39,152 bases of DNA from Pseudomonadota bacterium. Its GTDB lineage: Bacteria; Pseudomonadota; Alphaproteobacteria; Paracaedibacterales; UBA11393. Shown here in pieces: positions 29,555 through 38,315 of this stretch. The stretch spans positions 1 through 39,152 of the forward strand of contig JAGOTX010000002.1 of NCBI GenBank assembly GCA_018061565.1, read 5' to 3'. The notes below the pieces were generated by a model, which worked only from the letters and a program-made list of their open reading frames with translations, was not told where the DNA came from and made no database searches. Each line of letters begins with the position of its first letter. The stretch's first letter is position 1. Made by a program: the position numbers and the translations under genes.

Positions 29555-31378
29555 TTATCCCTTAAATGTTAAAATAACCATTGCACCACCCAATTGACTA
29601 TCCGAAAATGAAATATCACCCTCATGATCTGTGACAATTTTTTCAACAATTGCAAGTCCTAGACCCGTTCCTTGTTGACGTGTTGTATAATATGGTTCAG
29701 TCAACTTCTCACGCCCCATTTTTGGAAACCCAATGCCATTGTCTTCAAAAATTATTGTAAAACTGTTATTTAATTCTGGTTTTAAAGATACCCTAATTTT
29801 AGGTAAATGAATATGATTTTCAACCAATGCATTTACACTATTTTGAAGAAGATTCAAAAAGACTTGTGAAATCTGTTGGCGGTCTCCATAAAATATGTAC
29901 CTGTCACACAAAAATACTTTTTCAAATTCTATTTTAGAATTCGCATTTTCAATAAATGCTATATTTTCAGATAAAAGATCAACTAAATCAAACGTTTGCA
30001 TAATAGCTTCTGGCATTCTGGCAAAACTTGAAAATTCCCTAACCAACGTTTCGATATGTTCAACTTGGCGAATAATGGTGTTTATACATTGTTCAAAAAC
30101 TTTTGGATCAGACTGAATTTCTTTTAAATATCTTCTTTTAAGACGCTCTGCTGAAAGCTGAATAGGCGTTAACGGATTTTTTATTTCATGAGCAATTTTT
30201 CGTGCAATATCAGACCATGTGGCTTTTCTTTGACTTACAATTAAATCACTTTGTTGTTTTTTTAATTGGTTTGTCATAATGTTAAAGGATTCAATCAATG
30301 TGTCTAATTCATTATTAAATTTTTGATTTTCAACATACACTTCTAAATTTCCATGACTTACTTTTTGGGCTGCTTGAATAAGCTCTGACACTGGGTAAAC
30401 AATTCTGTTGGCGATGTTTAAACCAAACCAAATGGCAAGAAATAAGAGAAGAATAACAATTGTTGAAAAAACAATTAAAAAAGTCACTTCAAAGCCGGAA
30501 CGTTTTTTTTCTAAATTAGAATAAAGATTTAAAGCCTTATCATTCATTTGAAGATGGTCAAGAATTCTTTTATCAATGGTTTTCCCAATGTATAAATAAA
30601 TATCTTCAACAGGGTCTAATAATACCAAAACACGAAGTCTATCTTTATCTATATTGGTGATAAAACCATCTCTTTTTGCTTTTTTAAAATCCTTTTCGTG
30701 AATTGAACCAAGTTCAAGCGCAAATGTTAAATATGACTTTCCAAGAATTTCATTTTTTCTATTCAGAACTAAACTCTCATTAAAAAATAAATTTTCCTCC
30801 AAATTAGAAAGTTCTAGATCAAATGCTTTTCTGTCATTAATAAGAACAGGTAGTTTAGGTAGAAGATAGTTTGAAATTTGTTGTGCTTCAAACGCTATGT
30901 TTTTTTCATGTTCCCTAAAATAGGCTTGAATAACTTCTTTTGATTCGGTAAGAGCGTTTTTAACAGGTTCACCAAACCATGCTTGAACGCCTAAGTTAAA
31001 AAATAAACTGGCAAAAATTGCAACAAGTATTCCCGGTAAAATTGAAATTAAAGAAAACAAAGAAACAATCTGTTTTTGCAATTTAAAGGTATGTACACCC
31101 GCTTTTTTCTGCAAGATGCCAATTTTAAACCAACGTCTTATAACGGCAATAAAAACCAAAATAATAAAAGCAAAGTTAACATAGACCAACAAAAAATTAG
31201 AAAAATTTGTCTCATTGAGGTCTGATTGTTTTCGAATACCAATGTATGTAAATATGCCGGATGTAAGGGACAGAAAAACAAGTAAATAAGGTAAAAAATC
31301 CCCCTTATTATTGAGGATTCTTCGAATATAGAAAGATTTAAAAAATTCTTTAAGCTGCAACATTTTTTTTAATATCAA
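29555..31378 (-). CDS. ntrY: sensor histidine kinase NtrY
   Basis: It has N-terminal TM helices, a HAMP-like segment, the HisKA H-box (ARKIAHEIKNPLTPIQL) and HATPase N/G boxes (LLQNSVNAL, DNGIGF, GTGLGLAIV). It pairs with ntrX downstream. Confidence 0.8.
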   Translation of the reverse strand: MILKKMLQLKEFFKSFYIRRILNNKGDFLPYLLVFLSLTSGIFTYIGIRKQSDLNETNFSNFLLVYVNFAFIILVFIAVIRRWFKIGILQKKAGVHTFKLQKQIVSLFSLISILPGILVAIFASLFFNLGVQAWFGEPVKNALTESKEVIQAYFREHEKNIAFEAQQISNYLLPKLPVLINDRKAFDLELSNLEENLFFNESLVLNRKNEILGKSYLTFALELGSIHEKDFKKAKRDGFITNIDKDRLRVLVLLDPVEDIYLYIGKTIDKRILDHLQMNDKALNLYSNLEKKRSGFEVTFLIVFSTIVILLLFLAIWFGLNIANRIVYPVSELIQAAQKVSHGNLEVYVENQKFNNELDTLIESFNIMTNQLKKQQSDLIVSQRKATWSDIARKIAHEIKNPLTPIQLSAERLKRRYLKEIQSDPKVFEQCINTIIRQVEHIETLVREFSSFARMPEAIMQTFDLVDLLSENIAFIENANSKIEFEKVFLCDRYIFYGDRQQISQVFLNLLQNSVNALVENHIHLPKIRVSLKPELNNSFTIIFEDNGIGFPKMGREKLTEPYYTTRQQGTGLGLAIVEKIVTDHEGDISFSDSQLGGAMVILTFKG

Positions 31379-31628
31379 TATTAAATTGCTTTATCTTTTT
31401 AGAGAGTGTATTTCTATTTATACCCAAAAGACAAGCGGCTTTTTTTTGATTATAATCAACACTTTTTAAGGTTTGTTCGATCAAGGGTTTTTCCACAAGG
31501 CCTAAAACTTCCTCATAAAAATGAGACGCGGGATTTTCGCCTTCAAGTTGTTCAAAATAAGCTTTTAATGATTGCTTTATTAGATTATCAAATTTATCTT
31601 TTAACGTTAGCATGTTATCTGTTTTCAT
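31350..31628 (-). CDS. small Fis-type helix-turn-helix DNA-binding protein (92 aa)
   Basis: The C-terminus LIEQTLKSVDYNQKKAACLLGINRNTLSKKIKQFNI matches the Fis/NtrC HTH (..GNQ..AA..LGINR.TLRKK...). I prefer the ATG at 31628, 7 nt after the dusB stop, because the longer listed ORF overlaps dusB. Confidence 0.6.
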   Translation of the reverse strand: MKTDNMLTLKDKFDNLIKQSLKAYFEQLEGENPASHFYEEVLGLVEKPLIEQTLKSVDYNQKKAACLLGINRNTLSKKIKQFNIDIKKNVAA

Positions 31629-31635
31629 ATAATTA

Positions 31636-32619
31636 CTACAAATATGGTTTAAAAAAATTATCCATAAGCTGATACATTTGCTTTGAATTTTCTGTTTGGT
31701 TAACATTTACCCGAAAATAAGTTGAATTATCCAACCCCTTACTATACCAACCAATGTGTTTGCGCGCTATTTTAGATCCTGTCTCTTCCCCATAATGGGT
31801 TAGAATAGAATCTAAATGTTCTTTCATTATTTGGTATTTCATTTGAAGTGTTGGTTCTTCTAATTTTTTACCCGTTTTTAAATAATGTGCAATGTTATTT
31901 AATAGCCACGGCTTTCCATAGGCACCACGGCCAACCATAACACCATCTGCAAGGCTTATATCAAGCATTGACCTTGCATCTTCCTCCCCTAAAACATCCC
32001 CATTACCAATAACGGGAATATTTACGCTTTCCTTGACGGTTCTAATAAATGACCAATCTGATTTTCCGTTGTACATTTGTGAGCGTGTTCGCCCGTGAAC
32101 AGTTAACATCTTAATGCCAGATTCTTCTGCTATTTTAGCAAGTTTGGGTGCATTTCTATTCTGCTCATCCCACCCTGTTCTCATTTTAAGGGTTACTGGT
32201 ATTTTAACGGCTTTAACAACCGCTTCCATAATTTTATGGGCTAAAAGCTCATCCTTCATTAAGGCAGATCCTGCCCAACCATTAACCACTTTTTTAACAG
32301 GACACCCCATATTAATATCAATGATATGAGCGCCCAAAGCTTCGTTTAAACGGGCTGCCTCTGCCATAACGTTTGGATCACACCCTGCCAACTGAACAGA
32401 ACAAGGGGCTTTCTCGTTTGTTTTTTCGATCATCTTTAACGTTCTTTTGGTTTGCCTTACCATCGCTTCTGACGCAATCATTTCAGAAACAACAAGACCA
32501 GCCCCTAACTTTTTAACCAATACACGAAAGGGTAAATCTGTCACACCAGACATGGGCGCTAAGATAACAGGTGTTTCAAGATTTATGTGATCTATTTTTA
32601 GACTCATTTCATTCCTCAA
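31636..32619 (-). CDS. dusB: tRNA-dihydrouridine synthase DusB (NifR3 family)
   Basis: PVILAPMSGVTDLPFR, IDINMGCPVKKV and TVHGRTR motifs are present. The length of 327 aa is typical. Confidence 0.9.
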   Translation of the reverse strand: MRNEMSLKIDHINLETPVILAPMSGVTDLPFRVLVKKLGAGLVVSEMIASEAMVRQTKRTLKMIEKTNEKAPCSVQLAGCDPNVMAEAARLNEALGAHIIDINMGCPVKKVVNGWAGSALMKDELLAHKIMEAVVKAVKIPVTLKMRTGWDEQNRNAPKLAKIAEESGIKMLTVHGRTRSQMYNGKSDWSFIRTVKESVNIPVIGNGDVLGEEDARSMLDISLADGVMVGRGAYGKPWLLNNIAHYLKTGKKLEEPTLQMKYQIMKEHLDSILTHYGEETGSKIARKHIGWYSKGLDNSTYFRVNVNQTENSKQMYQLMDNFFKPYL

Positions 32620-32621
32620 AT

Positions 32622-33530
32622 CTATTTTATTGCTTGAATCTTTGAAACAACAGTATCTAGTTGTTCATATGTTTCAAAACTCAACTTAATAAAACCACCA
32701 TTTCTGGTTATATCTATTTTTGTAGGAAGGCCTAAAACATCCTCAATAGTCTTAGAAACAAGAACTAAATCAGGATCAATATTTTTTTGAACCCGCGTGC
32801 CGGATGCTGCCTTTTTTCTGCTATTTGTATTTTGTTCACGAACAAGATCTTCAGTCTGACGAACAGATAATTTCTCACTCAAAATTTGTTTAACCAAATC
32901 ATCAATATTTTCAGCGCCCAGTAATGTGCGTGCGTGGCCTGCGGATAATTTACCTGTACGAATCAATTCCTTAACATAATCTGGCAATGAATTTAACCTA
33001 ATTAAATTAGCAACATAACTTCTACTTTTACGAATTGTTGCGGCTATTTCTTCTTGCGTTTTTCTAAAGTTAACCATTAATTTTTGCAGTGACTCTGCTT
33101 CTTCCATCGCATTTAGGTCATCTCTTTGTAAATTTTCAATCAAGCCAATTGCAAGAGCTTCTTCATCGGTACAAAAAATTGTTGCAACAGGTACATGTTT
33201 AAGGCCAGCTTCCTTCGCTGCCCTCCAACGTCTTTCCCCTGCTATAATTTCAAATTTATCATCGCTCATTTTTCGAACAACAATTGGCTGTAAAACACCA
33301 CGATCTTTTATAGACTCAATAAGTTGTACCATGTGTTCTGGGTTAAAATACTGTCTTGGCTGCATTTTCCCAGGTTGAATTTTTAATATATCAAGGTCAA
33401 AAAACTTTTCTTTTTCAGAATATGGTTTTGGCCCTTCTTCTGCGTAATTAAGTTCACCAAGCAAGGCAGCAAGCCCCTTCCCTAATGGTGTTTTATTATT
33501 ACCTTGCATTGGTCCGGTATTTTTTGTCAT
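32622..33530 (-). CDS. parB: chromosome partitioning protein ParB
   Basis: LGKGLAALLG, QPRQYFNPEHMVQLIESIKDRGVLQPIVVR and IIAGERRWRAAKEAGL (ParB box) are present. Its start overlaps the parA stop. Confidence 0.9.
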   Translation of the reverse strand: MTKNTGPMQGNNKTPLGKGLAALLGELNYAEEGPKPYSEKEKFFDLDILKIQPGKMQPRQYFNPEHMVQLIESIKDRGVLQPIVVRKMSDDKFEIIAGERRWRAAKEAGLKHVPVATIFCTDEEALAIGLIENLQRDDLNAMEEAESLQKLMVNFRKTQEEIAATIRKSRSYVANLIRLNSLPDYVKELIRTGKLSAGHARTLLGAENIDDLVKQILSEKLSVRQTEDLVREQNTNSRKKAASGTRVQKNIDPDLVLVSKTIEDVLGLPTKIDITRNGGFIKLSFETYEQLDTVVSKIQAIK

Positions 33531-34306
33531 GCAGCACTCCTATTTTTATCAATCATCAAAATTTCCCTTGCTAATTCCATATATGCCTGCGCACCGGCAG
33601 AATTGACATCATACAACAAAACAGGTTTCCCATGTGATGGCGCTTCTGAAATTTTTACATTTCGGGGAATCACAGTTTTAAAAACTTTTTCTTTTAAATG
33701 TGATCGAACATCGCTTGCAACCTGTGCGCAAAGCCCACTTCTTTTATCAAACATAGTCAGAACAACACCAAAAAGTTCCAACCCAAGGTTAAAATTCTTT
33801 TTGATTTTCTGTATTGAATTAAGTAAATAGCTCAACCCTTCAAGGGCATAATACTCACACTGCAGTGGCACAATAACAGAATTTGCAGCAACTAATGCAT
33901 TAAGAGTTAATAATCCCATCGATGGCGGGCAATCTATAAACACATAATCAAACATATCTAAATAGGGCTCAAGTATTTTTTTCAACACCTGCTCCCTTTC
34001 AAACCTATCCACCAGCTCTATCTCTGCACCAATTAATTCTATAGAAGAAGGGATGAGTGACAATCCTGGAACCATGGTTTTAAGCAAAACCTCACTCATT
34101 GTACACGCTTCAATTAACAAGTGATAACTTGAAAACTTCCTTGACTGCCTTGTCACCCCTAAACCTGTTGAAGCATTTGCCTGTGGATCCATATCTATTA
34201 ATAAAATTTTTTTATCAGCTGCCGCCAATGCTGTTGCAATATTTACAGACGTTGTTGTTTTACCAACCCCCCCTTTTTGATTTGCAATTACGATTATTTC
34301 TGCCAT
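33527..34306 (-). CDS. parA: chromosome partitioning ATPase ParA/Soj
   Basis: It has the deviant Walker A IANQKGGVGKTTT and typical ParA colinearity. Its ATG overlaps the rsmG stop by 1 nt (TAATG). Confidence 0.9.
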   Translation of the reverse strand: MAEIIVIANQKGGVGKTTTSVNIATALAAADKKILLIDMDPQANASTGLGVTRQSRKFSSYHLLIEACTMSEVLLKTMVPGLSLIPSSIELIGAEIELVDRFEREQVLKKILEPYLDMFDYVFIDCPPSMGLLTLNALVAANSVIVPLQCEYYALEGLSYLLNSIQKIKKNFNLGLELFGVVLTMFDKRSGLCAQVASDVRSHLKEKVFKTVIPRNVKISEAPSHGKPVLLYDVNSAGAQAYMELAREILMIDKNRSAA

Positions 34307-34920
34307 TACATCTTTCTCACTACATTGTCTACCCTAATAACGACGCCTTCAATAACGCCATCATATACCTGGTAACTAAAACTCCAATTTCTTTCTGCTT
34401 CATCAATCTCTTCATCGATGCGTTCTCCTTTAATAAAAAAGCCCACCGTTTCACGTGAAACACTATTCATATACTCTAACAAATTATTAAGTGGTTTTAA
34501 AGCCCTGGCAATCACAATTATTGGCTTTTCGAAAAATATTTCTTCAACTCTTTGATTCAAAACAGAACCTGAAAGCGCAAAATTCTTCATAACATGATTT
34601 AAGAAGACTGATTTTTTACGCACAGACTCGACCATTGTAATTTTTAAGCCTAAAATCATTAATGGTATAGCAGGTATACCACACCCACTCCCTAAATCAA
34701 CGATTGGCTTATTTTCAGACTTCAATAAATCAAACAGAACAAGCCCATCGTTTATGTGTCGCGCATAATAGTCATTTTTATTTAAAACTTCTGTCAACGA
34801 TATTGTCCGATTCCAATGCATTAAAATCTCATAATAAGAATCTAATTTTTCTTTTGTTTCACGTGAAACATCTGGCAATATTAACCTTTTATTAAGAATC
34901 GGCATATATAATAAACTCAA
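34306..34920 (-). CDS. rsmG: 16S rRNA (guanine527-N7)-methyltransferase RsmG (GidB)
   Basis: DVSRET...L..W N..ISL, the SAM-binding DLGSGCGIPAIPL, and its position upstream of parAB support the call. The start could alternatively be the ATG at 34905. Confidence 0.85.
   Translation of the reverse strand: MSLLYMPILNKRLILPDVSRETKEKLDSYYEILMHWNRTISLTEVLNKNDYYARHINDGLVLFDLLKSENKPIVDLGSGCGIPAIPLMILGLKITMVESVRKKSVFLNHVMKNFALSGSVLNQRVEEIFFEKPIIVIARALKPLNNLLEYMNSVSRETVGFFIKGERIDEEIDEAERNWSFSYQVYDGVIEGVVIRVDNVVRKM
34447..34462. promoter_or_regulatory. second parS-like site (CGTTTCACGTGAAACA, 15/16, 14-bp core palindrome intact)
   Basis: Read from the sequence. It lies inside rsmG, where it encodes a second V-S-R-E-T. 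Confidence 0.65.
34855..34870. promoter_or_regulatory. parS centromere site (perfect consensus TGTTTCACGTGAAACA)
   Basis: This is an exact 16-bp palindrome read from the sequence. It lies inside rsmG, where it encodes D-V-S-R-E-T. Confidence 0.8.
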
Positions 34921-34931
34921 AGGGGATAGTT

Positions 34932-36389
34932 ATGCAAAGATTACCACAAGATAGCAAAAACACAAACGATAAAAATAGTTTTTATAATAATTATTGGCTA
35001 GAACATTTTTTTGAAAGCGTTGAATCAAATTATAAGCAAACGAACACACTTTTGAAAGAACTGCAAAATAAACTCAACGAATTATCAATTCATGATTTTG
35101 ATCATATGTTAAATCACATATCCATTTCATTAAACCCTAAATACTACCCGATGACCAATAAGGATGTTTTTAAACTAACATTAGAAACGGGTGGTGAAAA
35201 CCTTATAAATGGTTTTTCAAACCTCAATGAACACATTAAAAAAGGGAAACTTCCATCCTTAAGCGATGTGCAAAGTTTTAAACTTGGTGAAAACTTAGCA
35301 ACAAGCAGGGGAAACGTTATTTATAGAAATGATTTGATGGAAATAATTCACTATACACCTATAAAGAAAAACAAACATAAAACGCCTATCTTAATCGTTC
35401 CGCCATGGATCAATAAATTTTATATTTTTGATTTAACAGATGAAAAATCTTTTGTACAATATAATTTAAAAAAAGGAATAGATGTTTTTGTCATTTCTTG
35501 GAAAAACCCAGATGAAAACGATAAACACCTAACACTTAATTACTATGTTGAACACGGCATAGAAGAAGCAATACAATTTATAGACAAAAAAATAAATCTT
35601 TTAGGTTTTTGTTTAGGGGGCGTTGGAACATGTATTGCCACACTTGCGCATAAAAAAAATCTTATCGAAAGCCTTACACTCCTTGCTACACCAATTGATT
35701 TTACTAAGTTAACAGAACTACAAAATTTTATTCGCCCCCTCAATTTTAAAGAGTATAAAAAATCTATTCTTAAAAAGGGGTATAAATGTGGAAAAGACCT
35801 TTTAAGAATGTTCTGCTTAATGCGGGCTGAAAATATGATTATGGATAATATTGTTCACCAATATTATTTAAATAAAGAACCAAAACCCAATCCTTTTTTA
35901 TATTGGAATATGGATGCAACAAATTTGCCAGCAAGAATGCATATAGATTATTTGGAAAAGTTTTTTTATAAAAATCAACTATATAGAGGTGTCTATCATT
36001 ATAATGGTGAAAAATTATCGTTTAAAAATCTAAAAATTCCTATTTTTGTACTAATGACTGAGAAAGATCATATCGTTCCCAAAGAATCTTCTTTAGGGCT
36101 TCAAAAATTTAACATTGATGCAACATATGTATTAGGGGGATCCGGTCATATTGCGGGCGTTATTAATCCACCAGAACAAAAAAAATACCATTATCAAGTT
36201 CTTAATCAAAATAATGGTACAAATATTAAAAAAGATTTTTCCTGGTGGGATGAATGGTATAAATGGCTGAAACCAAAACTGGGTGAAAAAATTAAAATGG
36301 ATAATAATTTTGAACCTATTGACACGGCACCAGGGCTTTATGCAATGAATCAACCCGCACTAAAAGATTATTTACCTTCAATCTCTTAA
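34932..36389 (+). CDS. phaC: poly(3-hydroxyalkanoate) synthase PhaC (short N-terminus)
   Basis: PILIVPPWINKFYIFDL (PhaC box), lipase-box GFCLGG with catalytic Cys, and GGSGHIAGVINPP (catalytic His region) are present. AGGGGA lies 5 nt upstream of the ATG. It is 485 aa. Confidence 0.8.
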   Translation: MQRLPQDSKNTNDKNSFYNNYWLEHFFESVESNYKQTNTLLKELQNKLNELSIHDFDHMLNHISISLNPKYYPMTNKDVFKLTLETGGENLINGFSNLNEHIKKGKLPSLSDVQSFKLGENLATSRGNVIYRNDLMEIIHYTPIKKNKHKTPILIVPPWINKFYIFDLTDEKSFVQYNLKKGIDVFVISWKNPDENDKHLTLNYYVEHGIEEAIQFIDKKINLLGFCLGGVGTCIATLAHKKNLIESLTLLATPIDFTKLTELQNFIRPLNFKEYKKSILKKGYKCGKDLLRMFCLMRAENMIMDNIVHQYYLNKEPKPNPFLYWNMDATNLPARMHIDYLEKFFYKNQLYRGVYHYNGEKLSFKNLKIPIFVLMTEKDHIVPKESSLGLQKFNIDATYVLGGSGHIAGVINPPEQKKYHYQVLNQNNGTNIKKDFSWWDEWYKWLKPKLGEKIKMDNNFEPIDTAPGLYAMNQPALKDYLPSIS

Positions 36390-37724
36390 AAAATGGTTTT
36401 CAAGCCAATGAATTGTATAATCACCCGATACAATATCAGGATGATCCACAAGCTTTAAATGAAGAGGTATTGATGTTTGAATACCCGTTATCACATATTC
36501 ACGTAGGGCACGCTTCATTCGTGCAATTGCTTCTTCACGTGTATTGCCGTAAGCAATAAGCTTTGCCACCATGCTATCATAATGTGGAGATATTGTAAAA
36601 CCTTGATACATATGACTATCCACACGAATACCAGGCCCACCTGGAACATGATAAAGATCAATTTTTCCAGGGGATGGAATAAAGGTATTAGGGTCTTCAG
36701 CATTAATTCTGCATTCAATTGCATGGCCTTTAAAAACAATATCCTCTTGCGAAAAAGAAAGTTTTTGTCCAGCCGCTACTTTAATTTGTTCCTTAATTAA
36801 ATCAATTCCTGTAATCATTTCTGAAATTGTATGTTCCACTTGAATACGGGTATTCATTTCCATAAAGAAAAATTCACCATCTTCATATAAAAATTCTAAT
36901 GTTCCAACACCTTTATACCCCATTTTAGACATTGCACGCGTAATGGTTTTTCCCATTTTTTCACGCATCTTAGATGTTATAACAGGACTTAATGCTTCTT
37001 CCCAAATTTTTTGATGACGACGTTGAATCGAACAATCGCGCTCTCCAAGATGCACACAATTACCATATGTATCGGCCAATATTTGAAATTCAATATGACG
37101 TGGCTTTTTAAGGTAACGCTCCATATAAACATCATCAGATCCAAAATTTGCCTTAGCTTCTGCTTTTGCAAGACTCAAAGAATGGAACAGTTCACCTTTT
37201 GAAAAAGCTACTTTCATCCCCTTTCCACCACCACCATTGGACGCTTTAATTAAAACCGGGTAACCAATTTTTTCTGCTTGAAAATAAGCTTCATCGATTG
37301 ATGAAATAATATCTTTCGATCCTGGAATAACAGGAACACCAAGATCAATCATTGTTTTCTTGGCTGTAATTTTATCACCCATAGATTGAATATGATCTGA
37401 AGACGGGCCAATAAACGCTAAGTTATGCTCTTCAACAATGTGGGCAAACTTTGCGTTTTCAGATAAGAAACCAAATCCTGGATGAATCGCATCAGCACCT
37501 GTAATTTCAGCGGCAGCCATAATGCTAGATATTTTAAGATAACTGTCTTTTGAAGCCGCAGGACCAATACAAACGCTTTCATCCGCCAATTTTACATGCA
37601 TGGAGGATGCATCCGCCGTTGAATGTACAGCAACCGTTTGAATGCCTAACTCTCTGCAAGCACGAATAATACGAACCGCAATTTCTCCACGGTTAGCAAT
37701 TAATATTTTTTGAAAAAGAGGCAT
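36378..37724 (-). CDS. accC: acetyl-CoA carboxylase biotin carboxylase subunit
   Basis: MPLFQKILIANRGEIAVRIIRACRELGI..., an ATP-grasp glycine loop (GGGGKGMKV) and MNTRIQVEHT are present. It is 448 aa. Confidence 0.95.
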   Translation of the reverse strand: MPLFQKILIANRGEIAVRIIRACRELGIQTVAVHSTADASSMHVKLADESVCIGPAASKDSYLKISSIMAAAEITGADAIHPGFGFLSENAKFAHIVEEHNLAFIGPSSDHIQSMGDKITAKKTMIDLGVPVIPGSKDIISSIDEAYFQAEKIGYPVLIKASNGGGGKGMKVAFSKGELFHSLSLAKAEAKANFGSDDVYMERYLKKPRHIEFQILADTYGNCVHLGERDCSIQRRHQKIWEEALSPVITSKMREKMGKTITRAMSKMGYKGVGTLEFLYEDGEFFFMEMNTRIQVEHTISEMITGIDLIKEQIKVAAGQKLSFSQEDIVFKGHAIECRINAEDPNTFIPSPGKIDLYHVPGGPGIRVDSHMYQGFTISPHYDSMVAKLIAYGNTREEAIARMKRALREYVITGIQTSIPLHLKLVDHPDIVSGDYTIHWLENHFLRD

Positions 37725-37727
37725 AAC

Positions 37728-38186
37728 TTATTCTATAATCATTAAGACTTCATTAAACTCAACAGGGGTTGAATCTTTTGCCAGTATGCGAACAACTTTT
37801 CCAGAACGTTGTGCTTTTATAGGGTTCATCACCTTCATTGACTCAATAATTAAAAGCGTTTGACCAACAGATACTGAATCACCAATACGTACAAAAGCGT
37901 CTGAATTTGGTTCAGAGCTTAAATATGACGTTCCAACCATTGGGGACTTTACTGCCCCTTGATGGTTTGATAAATCATTTAAATTTTCTTGCGACTTTTC
38001 TTGATTCGTAGAAGAAGAGGAAGGCAAAGCCTGCGGCATTGTTTGTAGAACACTACCAGATACTGATTTTACAACACGAATTCTGCCCAGTTTTGTTTCA
38101 TATTCAATTTCTGTTAAATTGGTTTCTTTTAAAATTTCAGCCAATTCTAAAACTGCTTCGCGACTAATCTTTAGTTCTTCGGTCAT
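37728..38186 (-). CDS. accB: acetyl-CoA carboxylase biotin carboxyl carrier protein
   Basis: The C-terminal biotinyl domain has LLIIESMKVMNPI (E-x-M-K-x-M biotinylation motif). It has a Pro/Ser-rich linker and lies directly upstream of accC. Confidence 0.9.
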   Translation of the reverse strand: MTEELKISREAVLELAEILKETNLTEIEYETKLGRIRVVKSVSGSVLQTMPQALPSSSSTNQEKSQENLNDLSNHQGAVKSPMVGTSYLSSEPNSDAFVRIGDSVSVGQTLLIIESMKVMNPIKAQRSGKVVRILAKDSTPVEFNEVLMIIE

Positions 38187-38315
38187 TCTAATACTAAATT
38201 AATAATTACCTCTAGAATATAGCTATTTTTAAAGATTTTTTCAATATTTATTCCTTGCACAAAGGCAAATAGAATTTGTATAGTCAAAGTCAAGATTTTA
38301 TTTATAAAAAATATA

